Notes: generated by a model not told the origin, from the sequence alone. DNA of 64,000 nucleotides from an uncultured Micavibrio sp. (GCA_965263215.1 OZ253663.1:2220656-2284655), one strand, 5' to 3'; counted from the stretch's first letter, positions 19,212-29,497 are shown. A program made the numbers and translations.

Positions 19212-19416
19212 CTCCGCGTTTTGCAGATTGCTGCGCTATCCAAGCTTCTATTTCGTCAGCGAGCCAGAATACTTTTTGTGGTGAAATTCTTACTCTTTTG
19301 GGGAACATCCCGTCAGCTTCTAAACGAAGTTGGTGGGAATTACTATAATTTAGACCAAGTTCAACTAAATTATCTTGCGACAATAGAATCTTACTTATTT
19401 CAGCGTTGTCACTCAT
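19195..19416 (-). CDS. alpA: AlpA-family transcriptional regulator / excisionase
   Basis: MSDNAEISKILLSQDNLVELGLNYSNSHQLRLEADGMFPKRVRISPQKVFWLADEIEAWI. The ATG at comp. 19414-19416 is preceded by AAGGAGAAAACG. Confidence 0.8.
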   Translation of the reverse strand: MSDNAEISKILLSQDNLVELGLNYSNSHQLRLEADGMFPKRVRISPQKVFWLADEIEAWIAQQSAKRGGADNA

Positions 19417-19519
19417 CGTTTTCTCCTTATTTAAGTGAATAGAAAACGACGATATAAAGTGGAGCATTAGGTGTCACTTAAGGTAAAAATAATAGAATTT
19501 TACCGTACCTAAAAAATTA

Positions 19520-20170
19520 CTAATTTGATGTTTTTAACATCTCTTTTTTTAAGTTATAGAATTTAGAAACCGCTTTTTCGACCTCTCTTAAGCTTGGTGT
19601 GCTGTTTTCATTTCCTGGGTTGGTCTTACCCATATTTTGTTTGCCCTTCATTTTTTCTGCTACATGTTTTGCAATAAGCCTAATTGACCAATCCTTTTTA
19701 TCTGGATCGTATAGGCACTTTTGAATTTCCAAATGAATATTTTCCCAATCCCACTTTGGCATCCTTCCCTCATGCTTAGGAATTTCTAAAAAATTCTCTT
19801 CTTCATGTATTTCACATTTTAACCAACCATGATTTTTATCATGATCAAAAATTAAGTACGAGCCTGGGATATAAATATCTTCTATTTCAACATCGACAGA
19901 AAGACGCTTTGAATCCGTTTCCATATGTTCGTAATATCGAACTTCAAAATCCGTACCATTTTTAATCATGTGAAGCATCTTATCTTTGACATCACGAGCA
20001 AGCTTAAACAAATTCGAGTCTTTGTTTATACGATACGGATCATTGTCCGCAACATAACCGGGAACTCTGTTTTCAATTACCAAGCAGCCAATGGCGTCAA
20101 AATGCCACGACTCCCTATATTCCTTGCGGCCTATCTGATCAAATATTTCTGCTAACGTGTAAATTTTCAT
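19520..20170 (-). CDS. hypothetical protein (island backbone)
   Basis: 216-aa ORF between int and alpA. It overlaps the int stop by 32 nt. No domain recognised. Confidence 0.6.
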   Translation of the reverse strand: MKIYTLAEIFDQIGRKEYRESWHFDAIGCLVIENRVPGYVADNDPYRINKDSNLFKLARDVKDKMLHMIKNGTDFEVRYYEHMETDSKRLSVDVEIEDIYIPGSYLIFDHDKNHGWLKCEIHEEENFLEIPKHEGRMPKWDWENIHLEIQKCLYDPDKKDWSIRLIAKHVAEKMKGKQNMGKTNPGNENSTPSLREVEKAVSKFYNLKKEMLKTSN

Positions 20171-21305
20171 TATTTAATTTTTCCATTACATACGTAGCCC
20201 ATTTATTCAGAGCATCGCGTTTTTCTCGATCATAACCATATTGATTATATACTGCCACTACCCCTGAAATTGTTCCAGAAACATGATTAAGAATTTTTTC
20301 AATGACATGCGGCGGCACATCTAAACTCGCCATTCCTGACACTGCTGTGCGCCTTAAATCATGTATACGCCAACCATTTACACCTGTTGCTGCATCAATG
20401 CGCTGTTTAATTTTACTATGCCCTGATACTGGCGTATTACCTGTCGTTGTAAACACAAAATCAGAGTGAAGAAATCGTGGAACAGATTGTAGGATTTTTA
20501 TGGCCTCATCTGATAAAGGCACCATGTGTGCTTTACCATTCTTTGCACGCTCTTTGGGAATTGTCCAAACCTTGTTTTTAAAATCCAATTCGTCCCATCG
20601 CATACCAGAAACTTCACCGCGTCTTTGTGCAGTAAGAATAAGGATCAAAAACAACGAACCAAATGGGTAAGATAAGTTTTGACATTCTGACCATACTTTA
20701 AAAAGTTCATCACCCGTTAAAACACGATCTCGTGGATTTTCTTTTGCTGGTTTTTTAACGCCATGACATGGACTGAATTCAAGGTAATCACGCTCAACAC
20801 ACCAATTCATAAATTTACTAAGTGCTGAGTGAACTCTATTGGCCTGTGTTGGAGTACCATCTGCCACCAACATATCAAGATGCGCTATTAAATCACGGCG
20901 TTTAATGTCAGTGAGTTTTACATTTCCGTACCTGACAATAAACTTCTTCATACGAGAATTTGAAATTCGCCAATCTTTATTCCTTATTTTAGCGTATAGC
21001 TCAAGGAACAAATCATAAGCTTCTTCAACAGTTAAGTCCCTTTCAGGTTCAAGTGCCCCATCTGCAGCCATACGCATTTTCTCTTGTGCCAAGTTACGAG
21101 CATCAGCCAAAGATAATGTAGGGTATTTTCCAAGTGTAATGCGCTGCGTTTTATTGTGCATACGAAAACGCACAAAAAATGACTTTATACCGTTTGTTGT
21201 TACACGTAGTCCAAAGCCTGATAGCACGGTATCACAATATTCCATGCGTCGTGTTTCTGATTTTACAGTTTCAACAAATTTACTGGTGAGCTTCTTCTGT
21301 GCCAT
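20139..21305 (-). CDS. int: tyrosine-type site-specific integrase, P4-like (DUF4102 arm-binding N-terminus)
   Basis: 388 aa. N-terminus: LTSKFVETVK...GFGLRVTTNGIKSFFVRFR...LGKYPTLSLADAR. Catalytic region: TAQRRGEV...HDLRRT...H...Y, ending in YGYDREKRDALNKWA. Confidence 0.92.
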   Translation of the reverse strand: MAQKKLTSKFVETVKSETRRMEYCDTVLSGFGLRVTTNGIKSFFVRFRMHNKTQRITLGKYPTLSLADARNLAQEKMRMAADGALEPERDLTVEEAYDLFLELYAKIRNKDWRISNSRMKKFIVRYGNVKLTDIKRRDLIAHLDMLVADGTPTQANRVHSALSKFMNWCVERDYLEFSPCHGVKKPAKENPRDRVLTGDELFKVWSECQNLSYPFGSLFLILILTAQRRGEVSGMRWDELDFKNKVWTIPKERAKNGKAHMVPLSDEAIKILQSVPRFLHSDFVFTTTGNTPVSGHSKIKQRIDAATGVNGWRIHDLRRTAVSGMASLDVPPHVIEKILNHVSGTISGVVAVYNQYGYDREKRDALNKWATYVMEKLNNENLHVSRNI

Positions 21306-21489
21306 GCAAGAAAATTAAGACAAACAAGACATCTATCTCAACCCTATTTATGGAGCACTTTCTAACGCTATGCTGCACGTTGCGATAAGATGCTATCGGA
21401 ATTAACGCAAAAAACTCTTGTTATACGATAATTTTTCTTACGGAAAATAATGGTTGTTGCATTACATAAAGCGCGAACAATTTTTTGAT

Positions 21490-23226
21490 TTAAAAAGGAG
21501 TAAGGTTATTTAGTATACCGCCTTGCAAGCATCTAAACGGGGTGTAATGAGATTTGTATGTTTTAGGATGGCTATACACACAAAGTTCATCATTTAGTAT
21601 TTCCCTTTCTAATTTATACCATTCTGGGAGGCCAAGCTTATGATTGGCTAAGGATATGTACATATGAATTCTGCCCTGAGGGCTTTGAACTTTTTCTATC
21701 AATGACTCTGCTAAAGTATAATTACCAAGATCCATTAAAAAATGGATCGCATAAGTAATAACAATGTCTTTATCATATTGATCCAAGAGTAAATCTTTTA
21801 GCTTATCTTCGAGTTCGCCATTACCTGTCAATTTGGAATAGCCGACAAGCGCACCCCATGCATACCAAAAATCATATGCTCTGTTATATGCTTCATTGGA
21901 CCTAGTATAAAAATTATCTCTCTGAGTTTCTATCGTTTTCAGAACTTCTAAAACGGTTTGCGTGTCTCCAGTTACTTTTAGGTAGGCTGGAAGAGCTGCA
22001 TTTAAATAGTTTACGGACCATCGATTGGGGGCGTTTTGCAGTTTGTTTTTAAGAAAATACATATCGTATGCATGTATCCCTAGGAACTTTGTTATCAAGC
22101 CTTTTAGGAGCAATGTTGCTTGCTGTGTTTCTCCGTATTTGTGATATGCGAGGCCAATAAGGATAAGACCATAATTTACATTATGATTTTGTAGTGTTTC
22201 TCTTAAATCCCTTAACTTCTCTAGTCTTTTATCAGGAGCTAATTCATCAATTTTTTGTAATTTTATTTTTATAAATTGAACATCATCCATAAAACCATAA
22301 ACTGACTGCTGTTCTAAAGCACTCATATCTTGATTTTTTGGGGAGGCTATCATGGTGTTATAATTCCCTGTTTTAGGATTTCTCTCCGCGTATTTTACTG
22401 CTAGCCTTCTAAGGAGTACGTCTCTGGCTCTTGGTGGTGTGATTTTGTTTATTGTCTTATTGGATTTTTCGAGTAAACCAGCATCTATTTCATTTTTTGC
22501 AATAAGCGTTAATGGGCAAACTTTATTATCCTCTCGTTTTATAAAGTGGGCAATGGTTTGAGCCTTGAAGAAATAACTTTGTGCTAGCTCATGCTTTCCA
22601 GATTTATATAAAGTGGACGCTATTATGCTTTTTATCGCAGCATCGTAGCATCTATCTCTGTCAGTCATACTATATGAAGGGTAGTATAGTTTTAGAACAT
22701 TTTCGGCATCTTCAACTTGGTCACATAACGTGTACGCCTGTATTATTTTTTTGCTGGCTACACTGGTATATAAATTGCGTTCTAGAGTTTTCGTCGTTTC
22801 TAGGAATTCCTTATTTTTAGCTTGCTCGATGTGCGCGAGGGCTTGCTCGCATTGATTAGTTTCCGCAAAGTGTTTTGCTAAAATAGCATGAATTTTTGAA
22901 CTCCATATAGGATCATTCACTTTCTCTACAATTGACAACGCTAAGCTGGGATCTTTTGATGCATATAAGGTGATAGAGGCAAGATGTGAACCGGAAAAAT
23001 CTCTATTTTCTTCAAATTTAAAATTATTATCCTGTAGCTTATCAGTCTCACTGAGAGCTTTCATGTACAAATATTTTACATCTTCAAATGTATATGCAGC
23101 ACCTTTGTCGGCGAATGCATGATTGAATATAGGTGCTAAAAATGACATCAAAAATAATGTGAATGAGAAGAGATGTGTTTTTGTCACATAAGAGCTCCTA
23201 AATTTCGTAATTTCACTATCAAACAT
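21490..23226 (-). CDS. secreted TPR-like helical-repeat protein
   Basis: 578 aa with an N-terminal hydrophobic signal (LFSFTLFLMSFLAPIFNHAFA) and a repetitive helical Ala/Tyr/Leu pattern. Confidence 0.65.
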   Translation of the reverse strand: MFDSEITKFRSSYVTKTHLFSFTLFLMSFLAPIFNHAFADKGAAYTFEDVKYLYMKALSETDKLQDNNFKFEENRDFSGSHLASITLYASKDPSLALSIVEKVNDPIWSSKIHAILAKHFAETNQCEQALAHIEQAKNKEFLETTKTLERNLYTSVASKKIIQAYTLCDQVEDAENVLKLYYPSYSMTDRDRCYDAAIKSIIASTLYKSGKHELAQSYFFKAQTIAHFIKREDNKVCPLTLIAKNEIDAGLLEKSNKTINKITPPRARDVLLRRLAVKYAERNPKTGNYNTMIASPKNQDMSALEQQSVYGFMDDVQFIKIKLQKIDELAPDKRLEKLRDLRETLQNHNVNYGLILIGLAYHKYGETQQATLLLKGLITKFLGIHAYDMYFLKNKLQNAPNRWSVNYLNAALPAYLKVTGDTQTVLEVLKTIETQRDNFYTRSNEAYNRAYDFWYAWGALVGYSKLTGNGELEDKLKDLLLDQYDKDIVITYAIHFLMDLGNYTLAESLIEKVQSPQGRIHMYISLANHKLGLPEWYKLEREILNDELCVYSHPKTYKSHYTPFRCLQGGILNNLTPF

Positions 23227-23251
23227 GATTTTTCATACTTTGCCTTATCAC

Positions 23252-25402
23252 TTATTCACCACTATCGTATAGCCAATTACGAAGGGGTACACACCTTAGT
23301 GCCGCTATTTCAGATTTACGTTTCTCTTTGATACCATAGATAAATATTCTTCCTCTGAATTCATACAATAAATAATTATCTTCAAGCCAATCTATAATAG
23401 AGATTGTGTTCACATTGCCATCTAACTCACCTACTTCAAGTAGTGTGCTTTCGTTGTTTTTTTTGATATACAGCTCTCGTTTTTTTACTTCCGCGACGTA
23501 TGATCCTGAACTAGATTCTAGCCTCTCTTGCTTTCTAGTCGGATTGTCCCAAGGCCATATACCTTTATACAGTTTAGCTTCAGTTCCGTTTTCAATAAAT
23601 GATTTGGGAAATCCTGTCGCAGAGTTACTTTGTCCGCTTATTTTAGTAAAGCTTTTATCGTTAGTATTTAGTCTATAGTAAACTTCTTCTGTCTTAAATT
23701 TCTTACGATTATATTTGGAAACGTAACCGACATATATGCTTTTTCCATCTTCAGACCAAAAGAGCTTGGTCCGACCATCTAGCTGATCTACTAGGAGGTT
23801 TTGAGGACTAGGATATTCGAAAACATTTTGTTTATAGGTGGCTAAATCGATAATAGTAACACTACCTTTATTATTATGAAAATCTACAAAGGCTAACTTC
23901 CGACTATCAGGAGAGAATTTAAACTTCTCATAGAGGTTGTCACCGGAAACTCCTTCGAAAACTAAAATTTGTTGTTTCTTTTTTGTGTCGTAAATATATT
24001 TGAGATCCTTGTTTCCTTCCTTACCTAAAGTCCAGAATAAGAGATATCTTCTGTCAGGAGAGACTTCTGATATAAAACTGAAATCTTGTAAAATTTCTAT
24101 TTCAGGGGCGGAAAATGATGTCCTATGAATTACCCTATCAACTTCAAAGTAGAAGTGTTTGTTACTATTAACCCAGTTCAGATCTTTTGAAAATTCCCTA
24201 TGCCGGGTATCCGGATATGGTGTCTTACGTTGCCTACATTCGGTGAGATCATAACGATTATATGGACCTAATATCTCCTTAACCCTTCTTACTTTGTATG
24301 AATTACTCTTATCGTAAAATTTGACGATATGGCCATAAAGGATCTCTTCTAATTCAGGCTGAATTTTTTCTAAGCCTCTCCTGTGCTTAACATGAACATC
24401 CATACCCAAAATCCTATTGATATACATGTCCAAATAAAGCCTTATAGCCCCTTCCTTTTGAAGGTGGGTAAGTTGACGATCTTTTAGTGCGGCAAAAATT
24501 TCTTCAGGTTCGAAATCCAATAACAAACCATATGCTAAAGTTTGATATTCCGGCGTTTTTGATATATCCCAATAGTCTCCAAAAGCATGCCATTCCAACA
24601 GAGCTAAAATACGATCACTTTTGTTAGATAACTTTTTTTCAAGCGCTTCATGAAAAGGCGCCTTAATTATTTCATCGTGATTTTTTGCAAAGAACTTGTA
24701 TTCTTCAAATTCTAAAACCTCTTTTATATGTGGCTGAAAAATTTCAGGCATCGCGTCCACCCAAGGCTTCTTTTTATCTAGGACAGCCTGCCTTTTTTGC
24801 TCTTGGATTGCTAAAAACTCATCTGAGTATATATAAGGAAGCTTCACCCCTGCTTCCTTCAGCATTTGATTTAAAATGCCTGGATTTCCTGCATTTACCC
24901 TTACCTTTAAAGAAGTCAAAAAGTGACCGTCTTTGTAAATTTTCATTTCAATACATTGATAGCACAGCAAATAATCGTAAGTATGGTCTTGTGTAACAAC
25001 ACGAATAGCATGGCGGGGCTCCCAACATGCACACATAACAATAGCATTCCCCCCTAAAACACTCCTAAATTCTGCAGCAGCTAGCCGAGCTTCTTTACCA
25101 CTAACCTGTGTTTGACCAAGCAAATTAGTCCCATAATGTTTTGGTAATGAAATCGGTAAATTTTTCTTCTTTTTTTCATTTAGGATCGGATTATTTATTT
25201 CCGGATTGTCTGTTTTTGGCTCTAGGGAATACAAGGTTAAAGTCTTGGCATTAGACAAAACAGACAATGCTATATCTACTTCACTTTGATGGGATACCGA
25301 CTTATTTGAACTTTGAAAATATGAAACAACAAAAATAATGGCGATGGTTATTGTAAACGCAAAGAAAATCCTTCTTTCTTTTGTATTTTTGATATTGGCC
25401 AT
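23252..25402 (-). CDS. membrane-anchored protein with a TolB-like beta-propeller C-terminal half
   Basis: An N-terminal anchor (IFFAFTITIAIIFVV) is followed by repeated SPD(G/S)R/K-LAF-type blades (VSPDRRYLLFW, FSPDSRKLAFVD, WSEDGKSIYVGY). The start is taken at the ATG (MANIKN). Confidence 0.65.
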   Translation of the reverse strand: MANIKNTKERRIFFAFTITIAIIFVVSYFQSSNKSVSHQSEVDIALSVLSNAKTLTLYSLEPKTDNPEINNPILNEKKKKNLPISLPKHYGTNLLGQTQVSGKEARLAAAEFRSVLGGNAIVMCACWEPRHAIRVVTQDHTYDYLLCYQCIEMKIYKDGHFLTSLKVRVNAGNPGILNQMLKEAGVKLPYIYSDEFLAIQEQKRQAVLDKKKPWVDAMPEIFQPHIKEVLEFEEYKFFAKNHDEIIKAPFHEALEKKLSNKSDRILALLEWHAFGDYWDISKTPEYQTLAYGLLLDFEPEEIFAALKDRQLTHLQKEGAIRLYLDMYINRILGMDVHVKHRRGLEKIQPELEEILYGHIVKFYDKSNSYKVRRVKEILGPYNRYDLTECRQRKTPYPDTRHREFSKDLNWVNSNKHFYFEVDRVIHRTSFSAPEIEILQDFSFISEVSPDRRYLLFWTLGKEGNKDLKYIYDTKKKQQILVFEGVSGDNLYEKFKFSPDSRKLAFVDFHNNKGSVTIIDLATYKQNVFEYPSPQNLLVDQLDGRTKLFWSEDGKSIYVGYVSKYNRKKFKTEEVYYRLNTNDKSFTKISGQSNSATGFPKSFIENGTEAKLYKGIWPWDNPTRKQERLESSSGSYVAEVKKRELYIKKNNESTLLEVGELDGNVNTISIIDWLEDNYLLYEFRGRIFIYGIKEKRKSEIAALRCVPLRNWLYDSGE

Positions 25403-25417
25403 TATCACTTAACTCCC

Positions 25418-25939
25418 CTACTTTTCTAGTAGTCTACGAATGACGGATTTGTTTTTTTTATACTCTAGAGCCTCTTGTGTCTCTGCTAGTAACTTTTCCA
25501 AGTTTTTAATAGTAATTTTTTTAGAGCATTCTCCAACTTTTTCTCCAACTTTATATTGCCAATACTTAATAAGAATGGTGCTTTTGTTTAAAGCATTCTC
25601 GGACAGACAAAAGTATGATGAAGCTTGATCTGGGTTTGGGCCACCGAATGATTTTATAATTTCTAAATCAGTTGCAAATCCATTACCATCACTAAAGTTA
25701 CCCGTTAGCGTTATCGTTGTTGAGTTAGTTGGGCCAATATTCCGATGGTAAGTAATAAACATGTCTATACAATGATCATGTTTATTATCAACTAACTTAC
25801 CTACTTGCACTCCTGGATGCGGTACCTCTTCACAAGCGTGTGAAGGCTTAAGTGCTAAGATTACTGCCAAGAAGGAAGTACAAATCACAAAAATAGTCAG
25901 GTGCCTAACAATAGCTAATTTTTTAACCTCATTTTCCAT
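25418..25939 (-). CDS. hypothetical secreted protein
   Basis: 173-aa ORF with a signal-like N-terminus (LTIFVICTSFLAVILA). The start ATG lies inside the conserved GTGATAA..AGTATGGAAAA motif. Confidence 0.6.
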   Translation of the reverse strand: MENEVKKLAIVRHLTIFVICTSFLAVILALKPSHACEEVPHPGVQVGKLVDNKHDHCIDMFITYHRNIGPTNSTTITLTGNFSDGNGFATDLEIIKSFGGPNPDQASSYFCLSENALNKSTILIKYWQYKVGEKVGECSKKITIKNLEKLLAETQEALEYKKNKSVIRRLLEK

Positions 25940-25978
25940 ACTTCGTAATTATCACTATATATCTTTTTCTTATAGACA

Positions 25979-26656
25979 TCATATAGCGTCCCTTATCTTC
26001 TTGTTATCTAGATACTCCAAAGCCTTACTTTGGGTCTCTTCTGCTATGTCTTGTTTGTCCACTCCTCTTAGAATTTCAATCAAGCGACAAACTGAATTAG
26101 CATAGCTTTCTTCTGAGTATTCCTTATGTTCATCATTATTAAAATTAGGATTAGTTCTCATCAATCTCATATTTGCTCTGTGCAAGTATTGAATTTCTGC
26201 CAATTTTTCATCAGGATCAGGAATATATTTATCACAAATTTCAAATTCCTTCATTTCAACGAGCAGAGGTTCTGTAACGTGATAGGCCTGTGCAGCTTGT
26301 TCAGGATAGTTTTTATGTATCTTAATGAAAACTGAAGCAGTATCATTGTCTTCTTCTAATACTTGGTTTATCGCGAAAAAGTCGTGAAAGATATCAAAGT
26401 GACCTTTCCCTGCTAGAAGTTTCTCCCGATTACTATCCCTGAGATCAATTAGAGCCTCCAGAGCTAGAGGATATTGTTCTGCCAATTTTCTCCATAAACC
26501 TAATGCAAATGATAATCTAACGCCGCCCATTCCACTCATCTCTCTGGATGCCTCATGAAACCAAATATGCTTTTCAAGAGCTTCTTTGTATTTACCGGCT
26601 TTATACAAATCTGATAATTCACTAATTACATTTAAATTAGAGTTTTCTTTACTCAT
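25979..26656 (-). CDS. hypothetical helical protein
   Basis: 225-aa ORF with no domain recognised. A 9-codon upstream mini-ORF carrying the conserved 5' motif precedes it. Confidence 0.6.
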   Translation of the reverse strand: MSKENSNLNVISELSDLYKAGKYKEALEKHIWFHEASREMSGMGGVRLSFALGLWRKLAEQYPLALEALIDLRDSNREKLLAGKGHFDIFHDFFAINQVLEEDNDTASVFIKIHKNYPEQAAQAYHVTEPLLVEMKEFEICDKYIPDPDEKLAEIQYLHRANMRLMRTNPNFNNDEHKEYSEESYANSVCRLIEILRGVDKQDIAEETQSKALEYLDNKKIRDAI

Positions 26657-26702
26657 ATCTATTACAAGTTTGCTTCATTTTCATACTGTTCGTTATCACT
26701 TC

Positions 26703-28541
26703 TTAAAAAATCCCTGCTTCACCTTTTTCAAAAGCATCTCTCCAAATCTTAAAGCCTTTCAGCTCATCTTTAGAAGCATCTTCACGTCCTAGGTAACTAT
26801 AATCATCCGAAAATCCTGTTGTTCTGCGAGGCACACAACCTATCCTAGTTGTCCAAGTGTTGTCTTTGACTGCCTGTTCTAATGCTTCAATACTCTCATA
26901 CTCATTGCTAAAAGAGCAAGCTACAACGAACAGAAAATCATCAACGGGGGACGTGATCTCATGATCAGCAATAAGAATAGTTTGTCCTTTGTAAACATCC
27001 ACCCTATGGACTTTCAAAATTTTAATTAAGCTCCACTTGCCATTGCTTTCGCCCCCCAAAAGCATTCCTTCAGAATGTCTAAATTGTTTGTAGTCCTCTG
27101 GAAAAAACGCGGCTTCTTTTGTCATAGAAACATGCTCATGGCGCGTCCATGTAAAGGTTTTCAAACAAAGTTCGTAGTCATTAACACTATTAAACTGCTT
27201 CTGATCTGAATTGCATTCAATCACACCACCTTTGATACGAATTACGGATTTACCATCGTAATACGCTTTGTGTTTTCTTATCCAACCAGGCATCTCACCT
27301 TTAGTATCAATTTTTTCAATTTCAAAGGTTTTGATGTTCAATCGATAAACTGGTGTTGTCCCATACAGTCTCTCTCCTCGATAACCGAGATTACCTATAA
27401 TATAGATAAACTCATCTACCAAAGTTGCTGAGTGAAAATCTGTAGGAGGAAAAACCTCTTTCGGATACATGTAAATGTCAAACTCACCATTACCACGATG
27501 ATGGAAAACTTCATTATAAATACAAAAATCAGGATCGTAATAATCCTCATGCTCTCCGGCAATTTCTATATATTCCCCATTACCTAAATCAGTAATGGTT
27601 TGGCCATAGCGTTCATAACACCAAACAGGCGGATCATCGTGCCTAGTATCGTTAAATTGATCACGTGCCTTCCATGCTCCCGCACTAGTGCGCACCATTT
27701 CATACCAGAATTTTTTCTTACATAGTTCTGGGTTCGAAGTCCCAAACACTCTATGTTTTTGTTCAAGATATTCTTGCTTTTCTATATTTATTTTCTCTTG
27801 TTTGTCTATCCCGAAAACTTCCAATTTAACAGGAGGATGCGGATTAATATCGCTAAGGTCGTCTCCGGCTTTTGCAAGCAACAAAGCTATGTCAGCTCTA
27901 TATGTTTCTGCTATCGCTGTTTTTCTAGAGAACTGCCCTCTATCTTTTTTAAAAATATCAGCTCCTAAATCAATCAGAGCTTTAACACACTTTACAGCAC
28001 CGTATTTCGATGCTTCCATTAAAGGTGTAGAACCAAACTCGTTATATTCTTCTATGTTGCAACCCAGTTCTACCAAACACTTCAGCATTTTATCGTCATC
28101 AGATCTAATAGCGTATTCAAGTACGAGCATACCGCACCGGCCTTTGTCATTTAGATCAGCTCCTGCATTCAATAAGAGCTTCAGTTTTTCTATATTTCCA
28201 GCTTGTATAGCAAGCAGAAACGGCGTGCGCTCCCAATGATCTAGTGCGGTTATATCAAATTTATCATCTAAGAGTTTTTCGACTTCTGCGATACTGCCAT
28301 ATGCGATTGCATGAAAAAGCTCTGTCCATTTCAAATGCTCATGGTCAGCTCCCAGTTCAATAAGAAGCTTTACAACATCAAACCGACCATTTCTGGAAGA
28401 CACATTTAAAGGCGTTTCGTTGTATTTGGTTCTTTCGTTTGGATCAGCACCTGATTCAATATAGTTCCGAACTTCACTTAGGAGGTTATCTCCGTTTTCG
28501 TATATTAATTTTAATAAAGGAGTTTCATTTATATTGTTCAT
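26703..28541 (-). CDS. ankyrin-repeat protein with a Kelch/beta-propeller-like central region
   Basis: At least 5 ANK units (e.g. NETPLNVSSRNGRFDVVKLLIELGADHE, RTPFLLAIQAGNIEKLKLLLNAGADLN, STPLMEASKYGAVKCVKALIDLGADI). The ATG at comp. 28539-28541 is preferred to the upstream TTG. Confidence 0.85.
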   Translation of the reverse strand: MNNINETPLLKLIYENGDNLLSEVRNYIESGADPNERTKYNETPLNVSSRNGRFDVVKLLIELGADHEHLKWTELFHAIAYGSIAEVEKLLDDKFDITALDHWERTPFLLAIQAGNIEKLKLLLNAGADLNDKGRCGMLVLEYAIRSDDDKMLKCLVELGCNIEEYNEFGSTPLMEASKYGAVKCVKALIDLGADIFKKDRGQFSRKTAIAETYRADIALLLAKAGDDLSDINPHPPVKLEVFGIDKQEKINIEKQEYLEQKHRVFGTSNPELCKKKFWYEMVRTSAGAWKARDQFNDTRHDDPPVWCYERYGQTITDLGNGEYIEIAGEHEDYYDPDFCIYNEVFHHRGNGEFDIYMYPKEVFPPTDFHSATLVDEFIYIIGNLGYRGERLYGTTPVYRLNIKTFEIEKIDTKGEMPGWIRKHKAYYDGKSVIRIKGGVIECNSDQKQFNSVNDYELCLKTFTWTRHEHVSMTKEAAFFPEDYKQFRHSEGMLLGGESNGKWSLIKILKVHRVDVYKGQTILIADHEITSPVDDFLFVVACSFSNEYESIEALEQAVKDNTWTTRIGCVPRRTTGFSDDYSYLGREDASKDELKGFKIWRDAFEKGEAGIF

Positions 28542-28648
28542 GAATAATGTGCGATATAAGCACAATAAAAAAGGGTTTATATAGTACTCAACCTATTCCA
28601 CAATCACTAGGAAATCAATAACACAGCTTTATTCCTAAATATCAACAA

Positions 28649-28897
28649 TCACTCCCTGCCCCGATCTTTTCCATCATCTGGACTTATCTCAATTTCTTGC
28701 TTCGTCCGTTCAATATAGGCTTCTTTTCTCTCTTCCTTAGATAATGACTTGTCATTCTCCGGTAGGTCTTCATAAGACTGCTTTTCGGTTTCCTGTTCTT
28801 GTGTCTTCTGCGCGGGCTCTTTCTCGCGTTCTTTTTGCATACAATCTAAATAAGCGGTAGTGTCGCAAACGTTGGTTCCAGTTCCTCGTCTAGCCAT
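28649..28897 (-). CDS. hypothetical highly charged small protein (weak call)
   Basis: 82-aa ORF, Glu/Lys-rich, with no clear RBS. Its 5' end is bracketed by a 14-bp inverted repeat. Confidence 0.35.
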   Translation of the reverse strand: MARRGTGTNVCDTTAYLDCMQKEREKEPAQKTQEQETEKQSYEDLPENDKSLSKEERKEAYIERTKQEIEISPDDGKDRGRE

Positions 28898-29004
28898 TGA
28901 TGGTATGCTGTTCGAACTTGATGCGATTGCTGTCCTAGGGGAATAAACTTTGCGACACTACCTGCTCATCCTTATTTTGAAAAAAGAGTTGTTTGAGACA
29001 CGAC

Positions 29005-29364
29005 CTAAAAAATCAGCTTTTCTATCGACTTTATTAGTTCCTTGTCACCTTTTTTATCTAAAGCTATAGCAAGCTTTAAAGCCTGATCTGAAATATCGTC
29101 TAAAAAACTATGTTGAGTATCAGTTACGCCTTTATAGAAATCCAAGATCGGTACGTTTGTAGCTTCAGAAATTTTGAACAACATAGACGCTGATATCCTG
29201 TTTATACCTGTTTCGTATTTTTGAACTTGCTGAAATGTAATGTCCAGCTCTTTACCCAACCTCGTTTGACTAAAACCTTTGGCCTTTCTAATTTTTAACA
29301 AGTTAGAGCCTATAATCTTGTCTATGTCCGTTGGCCGACCTTTTGTTTTCCAGGCAGATGTCAT
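29005..29364 (-). CDS. XRE-family HTH transcriptional regulator
   Basis: LLKIRKAKGFSQTRLGKELDITFQQVQKYETGINRISASMLFKISEATN is the Cro/C1 HTH pattern. The ATG at comp. 29362-29364 has AAAGG 7 nt upstream. Confidence 0.8.
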   Translation of the reverse strand: MTSAWKTKGRPTDIDKIIGSNLLKIRKAKGFSQTRLGKELDITFQQVQKYETGINRISASMLFKISEATNVPILDFYKGVTDTQHSFLDDISDQALKLAIALDKKGDKELIKSIEKLIF

Positions 29365-29497
29365 TAGATGACCTTTTGTTTTTATGCACAGCAAGTTATA
29401 GTTGTGCGTGGTTGTTTTATTTATCAAACTCCACTTTAAGCTTTAAGTGAGTATCTATGTATAAATAATAGTTACTCAAAAAACAAAAAGTTATTTT

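Noticed and set aside
13421-21360. Recurrent GTGGAGCAT-like motif (about 13428, about 19459 and about 21351) upstream of island genes
   Set aside because: There are only three copies, one of them imperfect, and their orientation relative to the downstream genes is inconsistent. That is too weak to call a regulatory site.
21306-21490. Possible internal att junction, meaning two tandem islands split at the integrase
   Set aside because: No copy of the tRNA 3' half (TTCAAATCACCCCACCGCTACCA) and no TGGGGTA arm motif is present in this interval.
23229-26699. Idea that the GTGATAA element is a -10 box driving leaderless mRNAs that start at the conserved ATG
   Set aside because: In two of the four copies that ATG opens only a 5- or 9-codon ORF, out of frame with or upstream of the real gene. 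A uniform leaderless model therefore does not hold. The motif is kept only as an unexplained conserved element.
27688-28239. 183-aa plus-strand ORF
   Set aside because: It is antisense to the ankyrin-repeat gene, whose ANK repeats are unambiguous.
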